Source: Nitrosopumilus sp.
GTDB taxonomy: Archaea > Thermoproteota > Nitrososphaeria > Nitrososphaerales > Nitrosopumilaceae
Reading direction: 5' to 3'
DNA length: 64,000 bases
Assembly (NCBI GenBank): GCA_965224195.1
Contig: OZ245040.1
Span: 1,856,001 to 1,920,000, forward strand
Shown here: positions 41,639 to 50,756 of the stretch, one piece after another
Position numbering within the stretch: position 1 is the first letter of the stretch
Layout: each line of letters opens with the position of its first letter
Program-made: the position numbers and the translations under genes
Notes under the pieces: generated by a model
Database searches by the model: none
What the model was told of the DNA's origin: nothing
What the model saw: the letters and a program-made list of their open reading frames with translations, nothing else

Positions 41639-42015
41639 TTATTTTATAATCTCTAAAATCTTTTCACTCCATTGTTTGGCTACTTTGTCTTTGAAATTAA
41701 AATTTAAAAAAGAACCTGAAATGTCCATACTCGAAGTTTTGTCATCTAATGCCGATATTCTCAAAAGATAATTCAAAGATTCTGCAAATAACAACATTGG
41801 ACGCTTATTTTTACCAAACATTGAAGACAACGATGCTGAGTGTGCCAAAAATAACAGTCGATGAGTTGTAAGGTATAGCAATCCATTTCCCATGATTCCT
41901 TTTTGATTAATCGCAAAATGACTACCTGTGTAACTGTGAATGTCTTTACTTCTGCTTGGGTCTCTAATACAATCTGTTCATTTTTTGCTAGAATTACTCC
42001 TCCCGGCATTGTCAT
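41639..42015 (-). pseudogene. PH/GRAM-like domain protein, frameshifted
   Basis: GVILAKNEQIV and GLLYLTTHRLLF lie in two overlapping frames. Confidence 0.6.
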
Positions 42016-42050
42016 ATTCTAATCCCGAAATCTCTTTTTTTCATAATAAT

Positions 42051-42082
42051 ATAGTATACTAATAGTATACTAATAGTATACT
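42051..42082. repeat. Three tandem 11-bp units, each with the palindrome AGTATACT (putative operator)
   Basis: ATAGTATACTA x3 between divergent genes. Confidence 0.75.
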
Positions 42083-42123
42083 TTTTGATATATACATTTA
42101 GTATACCGAGAATTATTTTATGC

Positions 42124-42264
42124 GTGAAAGACGTTGAATTTGTTACCAAAGTCTCAAATATGGGTGACAAAAAGATCATAATCATTCCAAAACATTATCA
42201 TGAACTGCTAAAGAAAAGTAATCTTGTAGACACTGAAATTAATGTCATTTTAGAAAATCTTTAG
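42124..42264 (+). CDS. Small AbrB-like protein (46 aa)
   Basis: MKDVEFVTKVSNMGDKKIIIIPKHYHELLKK...EINVILE. Confidence 0.6.
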   Translation: MKDVEFVTKVSNMGDKKIIIIPKHYHELLKKSNLVDTEINVILENL

Positions 42265-42615
42265 ATTCAAAATTTGTTAGAACAAAATATTGGTGAATAT
42301 TTAAAGATGAATTTATTAAAACATTCCAAATGATTAATTGACTTATATTAGTAAATTCTAAATTATTTTATGATTCAATATATTGTAGTGGGTCTTGTAG
42401 GATTGGGATTGCTTATCTTGTATCTGGTGATTAATTCTGGTATAAATCAGGCAGTTAATCCATAATCATAACAACCAAAAATTTACAATTTTAAAGCAGA
42501 TTAATTGTTCTGAATAAATTAAGATATTCAAATAAAGTTTAATTTTTTGTTGACTAGTACAATAAAATCAGCGATCAAAAAATGATTATAGTGATATTAA
42601 CACAAAGAAGTAGAT

Positions 42616-44058
42616 TTGTCTTCCAATACATTATCATCAAATCCAAAATTATTCTTTGAAAAAGGTTCCATCCGTATTGAAGATAGTAAACTAATCCGAA
42701 TCCCAAATACAAAATACGATGATAGGACCAAATCTCTCAGATCTTATGGTTTGAATTATCAAGAAATTATCGAATATCTGAAAAAAAGTGATTTGGATTT
42801 TATTGATAACGTGCCTGATTTCATACCATCTCAGGTATTTCAAATGAAAAATTTAGAACTAAGGGATTATCAACTACAAGCCATACAAAATTGGGAAAAA
42901 TCATCCATGAGAGGTTGTGTTATTTTACCTACGGGTGCTGGAAAAACTGCAATAGGAATTAAAGCAATTGAGAAAGTAAATGCGTCTACATTGATAGTAG
43001 TTCCAACAATTGATTTAATGGAACAGTGGACAAACAACATTACCAAATATCTCTCAACCGATAGTCAAAATCCTCAAGGTATTTCTGTTGGAAAATTAGG
43101 AGGAGGAGAAGATAACCTTCAGGCAATCACGGTAACAACATATGATTCTGCATATCTTCGTGCATCAACCATAGGAAATCAATTCAAATTAATAATTTTT
43201 GATGAAGTGCATCATCTGCCCGCATCTGGATACCGTTCAATTGCAGAACAATTCATTTCACCATACAGATTAGGTCTCACTGCGACAATAGAGCGAGAAG
43301 ATGAATTACATGAATTAATTCCATATCTTACTGGAGGAGTTGTGTTTCGTCTGGGGTCTCAAGAACTCTCAGACCAAAAACATTTGGCAGAATATAGCAT
43401 AGATAGAATTCAAGTAAACCTTACTCCAGAAGAACAAGAAGAATATGAGACTAATCACACAAAATTCTTGACAAATCTAAGACAGTTAGGGTTCAAGGTT
43501 CCATCAATGTACAATCTCAAACGATTAATCATGATGTCAAACAAAAACAAGATTGCAAGGGAAGCAATGCTTGCAAGAAACAAAGCAAATGAGATTGCAC
43601 TAAACAGTCAATCAAAGATAGATGAATTACAAAAAATCCTACAACAAAATAAAAATACAAAGACGATAATCTTTACACAGAATAACAAAATGGTCTATGA
43701 ACTTTCAAATAGATTTCTTATTCCATATATCACTTACAAGACAATAAAGGAAGAAAGACGAGATGTTTTGGAGGGATTCAAGTCTGGCAGATACAATGCA
43801 GTTGTCACCTCCAGAGTACTAGATGAGGGAGTAGACGTTCCTGATGCAGAATTAGGCATAATTATGAGTGGAACCGGTAGTGGACGAGAATTTATACAGA
43901 GGCTTGGCCGGATTCTAAGGCCAAAACAAGATGGCAGAAAGGCAAGGCTAATTGAACTGGTTTCAAAACACACACGAGAAACAAACACCAGTGCAAAAAG
44001 AATAACGGCACTGAACAAAAATTCTACGAATCAAGATTCATCATCCTATGGAGTGTAA
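42616..44058 (+). CDS. xpb: XPB-like SF2 DNA helicase
   Basis: LRDYQ, LPTGAGKT, DEVHH, GLTATIERED (RED motif), EGVDVP, QRLGRILR. Confidence 0.9.
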   Translation: MSSNTLSSNPKLFFEKGSIRIEDSKLIRIPNTKYDDRTKSLRSYGLNYQEIIEYLKKSDLDFIDNVPDFIPSQVFQMKNLELRDYQLQAIQNWEKSSMRGCVILPTGAGKTAIGIKAIEKVNASTLIVVPTIDLMEQWTNNITKYLSTDSQNPQGISVGKLGGGEDNLQAITVTTYDSAYLRASTIGNQFKLIIFDEVHHLPASGYRSIAEQFISPYRLGLTATIEREDELHELIPYLTGGVVFRLGSQELSDQKHLAEYSIDRIQVNLTPEEQEEYETNHTKFLTNLRQLGFKVPSMYNLKRLIMMSNKNKIAREAMLARNKANEIALNSQSKIDELQKILQQNKNTKTIIFTQNNKMVYELSNRFLIPYITYKTIKEERRDVLEGFKSGRYNAVVTSRVLDEGVDVPDAELGIIMSGTGSGREFIQRLGRILRPKQDGRKARLIELVSKHTRETNTSAKRITALNKNSTNQDSSSYGV

Positions 44059-44103
44059 TGTGTTGTCTGACAAAATAACAAAAATAATTGGGAGTCCGTT
44101 CTA

Positions 44104-45756
44104 ATGCTTTCATCTGAATTATTACGTACCAAAATTAGTAGAGGTAAGATAACACCATTATTTTGTACTGCGAACTTTGGTAATGGTACTGATTACGAAC
44201 TTGCAAACAAACTCATTGTATTTTTTACAAATACACAAAAAGATAGACAATGTAAAGTGGAACTGTTACAAAAGATCAGATTACTTGAATCCGAATATGA
44301 TTACAAGTTAGTACGTGGGTTTTTTGCATTGTTAGAGAGGCGTTCTATTTTTGGACGATTAAACACATCATCATCTATTGCAACTCCCATACTCATAAGA
44401 CAGAAATTGTTTGAGGAATCCTCAAAGCAGGGTTTGGCTTTGTCTGATTCCCAGAGACAAGACATCATACAGAGAATCGCAGATCAGATGCATATTTCAT
44501 CAGAAAATGTTGAAACTATCATGTGGAGTGATAAAGATGAGAATTTGATATTGACACAATTTGACACCATCAATCCCAAAGATCTAATTTTATGGTATAA
44601 TCTTTCATTATTCCAAACACTTCTTTTCAAATGCACTAGATTGGAATTTTATGTAAAAGGTGGGTTGTATTGGAAACAAGTTCTGCGAAATGTTAAGAGA
44701 TATGGTCTTATGTATAATTTGGAATATTATTCAAAGGATATTTCAGATGAAGAAAAAGAAGATTCCATCAAATGTACTCTAGAAGGCCCTTTCAGTCTCT
44801 TCAAAATGACTGATAGATATGGTACATCAATGGCCAAATTATTACCCTCGATTGTAGGCACGCCCATCTGGAAAATCAATGGTTCTATAGTGAAAAAAAC
44901 AGATGATGGTCAAAAAATCTATTCATTTGAATTATCAAATGAAAGTACTAAAGAATTTCTTCGCTCAACAATAGAGTCTCCGTACCAAAATGAGAATGAT
45001 TACGTTTATGACAGTTCTACAGAAGCCACATTTGCAAAGAGATTCCAGCAACACTTTGATCAGAGTGACAAATTTGGTTGGAAAATTTCTAGAGAACCTG
45101 ACCCATTGATTGCAGATGGCAAAGCCATGATTCCTGATTTTCTTTTTGAAAGATTTGGACGTAAAGTGTATTTTGAAATTGTGGGATTTTGGACAAAAGA
45201 ATATCTTGAGAGAAAAGCTGCTAAGTTAAAAGTGCTATTTGATGATGATAACAAAAATGTTGATTTGTTGGTAGCAGTAAATTCTGAATTGGCATGTTCA
45301 CAGATTGAAACAATTTCTAAAGATAAGATTTTTACTTTTCAAAAAGATGTTTCAATCAAGCCTATTTTAGAACATTTAAAAAAAATTGATGCTGAAATAA
45401 TTGAAGAAAAGATTCACACCAAAATAAAACTTGATGAAAAAAATCTAGATTTAATTTCTATAAAACAAGTTGCTCTTGAAAATTCTCTTCCAGAGGCAGC
45501 AACATTAAAGATTCTTTTGGCGGATTATCCAGATGAGTATGTTATAGCAGGAAAATATTTGGTTTCAAATAAGAAAATCAATGTAATAGAGAAAAATATT
45601 GGTGGAATTTCAAAGTTTGTAGAGGTTTGTAAGATATTGACATCACAAAAAATCCCCGATTCATGTCATGCTGATTTACTATCAAAAATGGACTATGACG
45701 TAGTTTGGGAGAATTTGGATCCTAATCACGCCAAAATATCAAAACGTGCAGCATAA
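44104..45756 (+). CDS. bax1: Bax1/DUF790 endonuclease
   Basis: MLSSELL, GPFSLF..TDRYG, YDSSTE, IPDF, EIVGFWTKEYL; directly downstream of xpb. Confidence 0.88.
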   Translation: MLSSELLRTKISRGKITPLFCTANFGNGTDYELANKLIVFFTNTQKDRQCKVELLQKIRLLESEYDYKLVRGFFALLERRSIFGRLNTSSSIATPILIRQKLFEESSKQGLALSDSQRQDIIQRIADQMHISSENVETIMWSDKDENLILTQFDTINPKDLILWYNLSLFQTLLFKCTRLEFYVKGGLYWKQVLRNVKRYGLMYNLEYYSKDISDEEKEDSIKCTLEGPFSLFKMTDRYGTSMAKLLPSIVGTPIWKINGSIVKKTDDGQKIYSFELSNESTKEFLRSTIESPYQNENDYVYDSSTEATFAKRFQQHFDQSDKFGWKISREPDPLIADGKAMIPDFLFERFGRKVYFEIVGFWTKEYLERKAAKLKVLFDDDNKNVDLLVAVNSELACSQIETISKDKIFTFQKDVSIKPILEHLKKIDAEIIEEKIHTKIKLDEKNLDLISIKQVALENSLPEAATLKILLADYPDEYVIAGKYLVSNKKINVIEKNIGGISKFVEVCKILTSQKIPDSCHADLLSKMDYDVVWENLDPNHAKISKRAA

Positions 45757-45787
45757 CTAATTATTGTATGATTGGAGGATTGAAAAA

Positions 45788-45834
45788 TAATCGAAAATTT
45801 ACAGTATAAAAGCAACTCTGGACTTTACAGAATT
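45788..45834 (-). repeat. Degenerate internal right-end TIR copy (terminal GG replaced by AA)
   Basis: rc AATTCTGTAAAGTCCAGAGTTGCTTTTATACTGTAAATTTTCGATT aligns with the left TIR. Confidence 0.75.
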
Positions 45835-45960
45835 GAACAACATCATGTATTAAGAACATGGGCAAGGAAAAATAATGCTCATTTTCACATACGAATTTGT
45901 AATGTTTGATTTGAGTCTAACATAATACTCGATCTAAAATTCTGTGAGGAAATGAAGTAA

Positions 45961-46927
45961 ATGTCTAGAAAAACAAAAAGTAGTTTGTAGTTATTGTAAA
46001 AAATTATTTGATAAACCAATAAGACGTATTAAAAAATGTAAAAACCATTTCTGTTTAGATGAATGTCGACTAAAATTTGAGCGTAAAGGACAACCGTATA
46101 ATAACGTTATTTGTAATTATTGTAGAAAATCTTTTCATAGAAAACCGTCATGGATTAAAAAAACAAAAAAACACTTTTGTTCAGAAATATGCAAATACAA
46201 AGGGCAGGTTAAACTTGCAAGTAAAAAATGTAAAAAATGTAAAGAATTTTTTACAGACATTCCATCTAAAATGAAAAAACGTGAGTTCTGTTCGGATTAT
46301 TGTAAATCACATTTTGAACTATTACATGGTCCATGTACTGTTTGTAAAAGAAAAGAATCCAATAAATGGCTTAAACATCCTCTTAAAAAAAATAAAACGG
46401 TTTGTACAACATGTTATCATAGAATAAAAAGTAATGCGGGCAGAAAAGGTAAATGTACAAAATGTAAAAAAACAAAATCATATCAATTCAATTATGTTGA
46501 AGGAAAACAATATTGTAAGAAATGTTATAATGAAATTTATAATACTTTAAATCAAAAAGTAAAATTAAGAGCATCACAAAAATACAATCTAAAATATTAT
46601 GATAGAACAGCTCATTATTTTCCAAATTTGACTTCGAGTCAAATGTCTTGGTTAGATAAAAGTTGGTCAAGTAACATAAAATTACAAGATGATATGAGAT
46701 GTAAGATTTGCAAAGGTTTTCCGAATTTTAGTCATCATATAATCGAAAAAGAAAAATACAAACTTTTTAGATTTTTTTCCAACAATGGAATTACATTATG
46801 TCAAATTTGCCATCATCACGTTCATGTAATTAACATGCGCATACAATTGAATTGGAATGAGATCGAGAAACAAATTAATCTAATCCAAAGGATTTTCCCA
46901 TCTTTTCATTACTTGTATTTACCTTAG
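45961..46927 (+). pseudogene. Multi-zinc-finger HNH endonuclease, frameshifted just after its start
   Basis: The frame of 46271-46927 is open back to about 45980 with repeated CxxC..FCxxxC fingers; C-terminal CKIC..HHI..NGITLCQICHHHVH. Confidence 0.75.
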
Positions 46928-46983
46928 ATTGAGATAAGATCATTGAAAAATCAGATGATTTTTGACAGTCTAATTATTCATAA

Positions 46984-47029
46984 GCAACCGAATTTTACAG
47001 AAAAAAGTAACCGTAGAGTTTACAGAACC
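46984..47029 (-). repeat. Internal right-end TIR copy R2
   Basis: rc GGTTCTGTAAACTCTACGGTTACTTTTTTCTGTAAAATTCGGTTGC; followed by TGTTTGAG. Confidence 0.88.
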
Positions 47030-47088
47030 TGTTTGAGGGTACTGTTATCCCTGACGGGGGTTGTTCCTAGTATTACCTAGCGGTTGAT

Positions 47089-47367
47089 TTATCTTAATTT
47101 GTTATTCAAATATTCGATTGCTTTTTGTGTGTCGTGATCTAATTCGATTAAAGCTAAGATTGCTTCATTTTCAGTAGAATCTGTTTTAGTCATGACAAAA
47201 GCAACATCCTCTTGCGATGGGATTAATTCAATTGAATCCGAATAAGGCTCTTCATAACCGCCATCTTTATTTGTCCATCCACTTTCAGATGGATTTTGAA
47301 TCATAATTGAAACTAAAATAATAACTGCAATTACACCAATAATGATTGGGATTATTTTTTTATTCAT
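47089..47367 (-). CDS. Membrane-anchored protein with NAC-type UBA-like domain
   Basis: N-terminal TM; EDVAFVMTKTDSTENEAILALIELDHDTQKAIEYL. Confidence 0.65.
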   Translation of the reverse strand: MNKKIIPIIIGVIAVIILVSIMIQNPSESGWTNKDGGYEEPYSDSIELIPSQEDVAFVMTKTDSTENEAILALIELDHDTQKAIEYLNNKLR

Positions 47368-47500
47368 GATTAGAAAAAAATGACATTGTTTAGTAAATGT
47401 TCAAATGGTCTATTTAGTAGATTAATGATTACAACAGGGATTAATAGTGCAAAAGTATTTGTAGGATTTTTTGAATTCAAAACAATTCTTTTCAATATAA

Positions 47501-47746
47501 TTATTTATTATTTTGTTTTAATTTAGGAATTATTACTTTTCTGAAATAGTGAACTGAGAGAATTATTCCAATTGTTATGATTAGTATTGGATAAAATGTT
47601 TTAAAAAATACAAAATAGGTGTCAAGTGGACCGTTATTGATAGTGACAGTCCAAAACATTCCTCCAAGATCAGATCTTATTATTAGCAAAAGTGGAATTG
47701 TAAAAAATACTACCAATGCAATTAATATTTTTTTGAATAGTTTCAT
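47501..47746 (-). CDS. Two-TM hypothetical protein
   Basis: 81-aa hydrophobic ORF. Confidence 0.55.
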   Translation of the reverse strand: MKLFKKILIALVVFFTIPLLLIIRSDLGGMFWTVTINNGPLDTYFVFFKTFYPILIITIGIILSVHYFRKVIIPKLKQNNK

Positions 47747-47760
47747 AATAAAAAAAGAGA

Positions 47761-48291
47761 TTAGGAGATTAATAAGCCTCCATTAATCCAACCTAATTGA
47801 ACACCAGTGTTGTTACCATATTCATTATCTAGGATAATGATGGTCCACAAACCAGGACCGAAATTAGAACATGATGTACTGTCAGTGCCCGTAGAAGATA
47901 ATTTCTCTGTATGGCATGCTCGACCTAAACCAGGATCTATTCCAGGCCACCAGCTAGTAAGAATATAGTGTTTCTCAGTTGTTCTATCATGATTAAATGT
48001 TACACAGTCAGACCAAGGAAATGCTCTCTCTGAGAATGTACTTGGATAACTAAATGTGGAGCTTATTGTTGCTGCACCACTGATCCAAGACTTGAAGTTA
48101 GTTACTACAGAGCCTGATACATTTTGGTTTGTACTACAATCAGTTTCAGATTGTGTGTGAGTAGTTGTTAAATTAACATCTACCGTACTATATGACATTA
48201 TAGTTGGACCATTAAATGAACTGTGAGAGTCTAAGGTTGGGATAGTTTCTACAACTTCATCGTCATATGTTGCCTCTAATTCATCAGCATA
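47761..48291 (-). pseudogene. Secreted-type protein, 5'-truncated by IS1595
   Basis: Ser/Thr/Cys-rich coding sequence extends toward the IS boundary with no signal peptide or start. Confidence 0.55.
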
Positions 48292-49196
48292 AACTAATTC
48301 TGTCTAATTATTGGACAAAAGAATCAACTTAATTGAGTTATCCAAAATAGTTTCAACTAAATCAACATCGTTAGAATTTCTGTGTAAAAGATTCAACAGT
48401 ACAAATTCTGTATGTTGTCCCAAGTGTGATTCTGAAAAACATTATCTGATGAGTAGGGGAAATCTGAGATGTGGTAAATGCAAGACAAACTACAAGCCAT
48501 TTTCAAACACACAATTTGACAAAATCAATATCGATTATTCAAAATGGTTGGTTCTAATCAAACTCTTTGAACTTGGAATTAGTGCAAGACGTGCAGCAAG
48601 AGAAGTTGGCATCAGTTATCCTACTGCATTGCATTCTTTTGATGTAATGAGATTTTCAATCTTGGAGGAACAATCCAAAACAGATGATATTCTAAAGGGT
48701 CAAATTGAGGCTGATGAGGCATATTTTGGAGGAAAAAGGAAGGGAAATCGTGGTAGAGGCGCAAAAAACAAAACTATCGTTTTTGGAATTTTGGAGAGGA
48801 ATGGAAAGGTTCACGTTGAGATTGTAAAGATTGTAAAGGCAAAAACTTTGCTTACAAGTACCATCAAGAAAGTAAAGAAAGAAGGCATCGTGTACACTGA
48901 CAAGTGGAGAGGATATGATTCTCTAATTTTCAACGGATACAAACATCTCTCAGTTGATCACAGCAAGATGTTTGGTAAAGGTGATGTGTACATAAACGGC
49001 ATTGAGGGATTTTGGAGTTTTGCAAAAGAGAACATGGCAAAGCATCATGGAGTAAGTCCAGGAAAGTTTCTGTTATACATTAAAGAGATGGAATGGAGAT
49101 ACAACAACAGAGATGAGGATACTTTCTCATTATTGCTAGATTATATGTTGGGGGTAAATAATTGATAATCACCTCAGTTATTATCAGAATGTAGTT
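48292..49196 (+). mobile_element. IS1595-family insertion sequence (ends approximate)
   Basis: Imperfect IR AACTA-ATTCTG / CAGAATGTAGTT around the transposase; both neighbours are truncated. Confidence 0.7.
48311..49165 (+). CDS. IS1595-family (ISXO2-like) transposase
   Basis: CPKC..CGKC, EADEAYFGG, YTDKWRGY, INGIEGFWS, EWRYN. Confidence 0.92.
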   Translation: MDKRINLIELSKIVSTKSTSLEFLCKRFNSTNSVCCPKCDSEKHYLMSRGNLRCGKCKTNYKPFSNTQFDKINIDYSKWLVLIKLFELGISARRAAREVGISYPTALHSFDVMRFSILEEQSKTDDILKGQIEADEAYFGGKRKGNRGRGAKNKTIVFGILERNGKVHVEIVKIVKAKTLLTSTIKKVKKEGIVYTDKWRGYDSLIFNGYKHLSVDHSKMFGKGDVYINGIEGFWSFAKENMAKHHGVSPGKFLLYIKEMEWRYNNRDEDTFSLLLDYMLGVNN

Positions 49197-50420
49197 GAAC
49201 CTGACAATCTATCCACATGGTCTCCTCTAGAAGTACATAAGTCTAGTTATGGCAGGAATTATTTTAAAACAACAACAAATATTCTTTCACCTGGTGAATA
49301 TACTGCAATAATCTTCAATGAAAATACTGAAATCAAGAAGAATTTTACCATATTAGATTCTAAATGCTGTAGGCCACTTTCTGTTAGTGTTGAAAGACCA
49401 AGTGCATATTTGCCAGGAGAAGAATTTCAAATTTTTGTACAATCAACCCCAAATACCGAACTTGTTTTTAATTTAATTGATCCTGATGGGAAAATTTCTA
49501 AAACTAGAGATATAATGACAAATCAAATAGGTGAAATTGATTGGCAATATTTTACCCTCTCAAGAATTGCTACACCTGGAATATGGACATTTGAAGTAAC
49601 CGATGGGAATCATTTTGATTCTGTTCCACTAATTGTTACTCCAACACCTGATGACTTAATCAAAAAATCATCAACTGAAACAGAAATACAAACATCATAT
49701 GATGATATTCTGACAAATAAAGAACCAACACAGAGCATTCTTCTTACATCATCTCTTGAACCCTTTATTGATGATGGCAGAGAAAGACAAATTGCCACGT
49801 TACACCGTGGTGGACCCCCTCAATTCCAATATTTGCAAATTATGGATTCTTACAAAGCAGGATTTGATGTCAATGACAAAGGAATTGTCATATATACTGA
49901 AACTCCTCATGAGAATTATTCTTTAAATCATAAACGAGGATTTTATCTTGAAGATTGGTTGCCAGACAAAATTCCAGACGGTCAAAAATTATTGTATGCA
50001 ATAACGGGTTGTGATACTGAGAAAATAAATGAAAGCATCTATGAATCTTATTATGCAGGATATACTTTTGTTCCCAGTTATTTTGTATTGAATGAAAATG
50101 TCACCCAGTATGATTTGTATTATGGAGAAGGATTTACTATTCATATAACATATGATGATTTACAAGATGAAATCGAGAACATTATTGAAGAATCAAAAGA
50201 AAGATTTGCTGAAACATATAAAGGATATGGAGGATATCATGAAATGATGCGAGATGGAAAATCAGTACTTGTATTTGATGGTGGACATCATTATGATCAT
50301 GAACATGCACGTATATTTTGGATTTTTGATGATAAATTTAGCATATCTGTGCATTCCTATTACTACACACTTGATGAGTTAATTCCAATCTTTGAGAGCA
50401 TAATGAATGAAGCTGTTTAG
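49197..50420 (+). pseudogene. Extracellular Ig/MG2-like protein, 5'-truncated by IS1595
   Basis: The frame is open for 71 codons upstream of TTG 49410 to the IS end; LIDPDGK..PGIWTFEV. Confidence 0.65.
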
Positions 50421-50440
50421 AAAACTAATATTGATTATCA

Positions 50441-50487
50441 GTAACCGATCTTTACAGAAAAAAAGCAACCCTAGAGTTTACAGAACC
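50441..50487 (-). repeat. Right terminal inverted repeat R3
   Basis: rc GGTTCTGTAAACTCTAGGGTTGCTTTTTTTCTGTAAAGATCGGTTAC, followed by the TSD TGTTTAAG. Confidence 0.92.
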
Positions 50488-50533
50488 TGTTTAAGAAATT
50501 GATCGTGAAATAATAAAAATATTCTAAAATAGA

Positions 50534-50716
50534 CTAACGTCTCTTTCTTCTTTGTCCAGGTTTGTTTTGACCAGGGTATCTACCTAGAACAAATCGTTTA
50601 TTGTAGTTACTTTTGTTACCAACACTAGAACTAGTACCTACAATCTTTCTGCCTTCAACTTTAGGGGTTTGTCCTCGTACTTTACCTGCTTTGGTAAGTG
50701 AACCGTGTGTTGCCAT
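50534..50716 (-). CDS. rps30e: 30S ribosomal protein S30e
   Basis: HGSLTKAGKVRGQTPKV. Confidence 0.96.
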   Translation of the reverse strand: MATHGSLTKAGKVRGQTPKVEGRKIVGTSSSVGNKSNYNKRFVLGRYPGQNKPGQRRKRR

Positions 50717-50756
50717 GATTAGAATGAAGAATTAGTGAATTTATGTATTTGGATGA

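Larger units (their letters stand above)
25035..50487. mobile_element. Giant (25.45 kb) IS6-type cargo transposon with TIRs and 8-bp target duplication
   Basis: Left end GGTTCTGTAAAGTCTAGGGTTGCT vs right end (rc) GGTTCTGTAAACTCTAGGGTTGCT (23/24); TGTTTAAG at 25027-25034 and 50488-50495; IS6-like transposases inside. Confidence 0.9.

Noticed and set aside
25035-50487. Casposon or provirus interpretation of the island
   Set aside because: No Cas1, PolB, tyrosine integrase or capsid gene is recognisable; the ends and 8-bp TSD fit IS6-type transposition.
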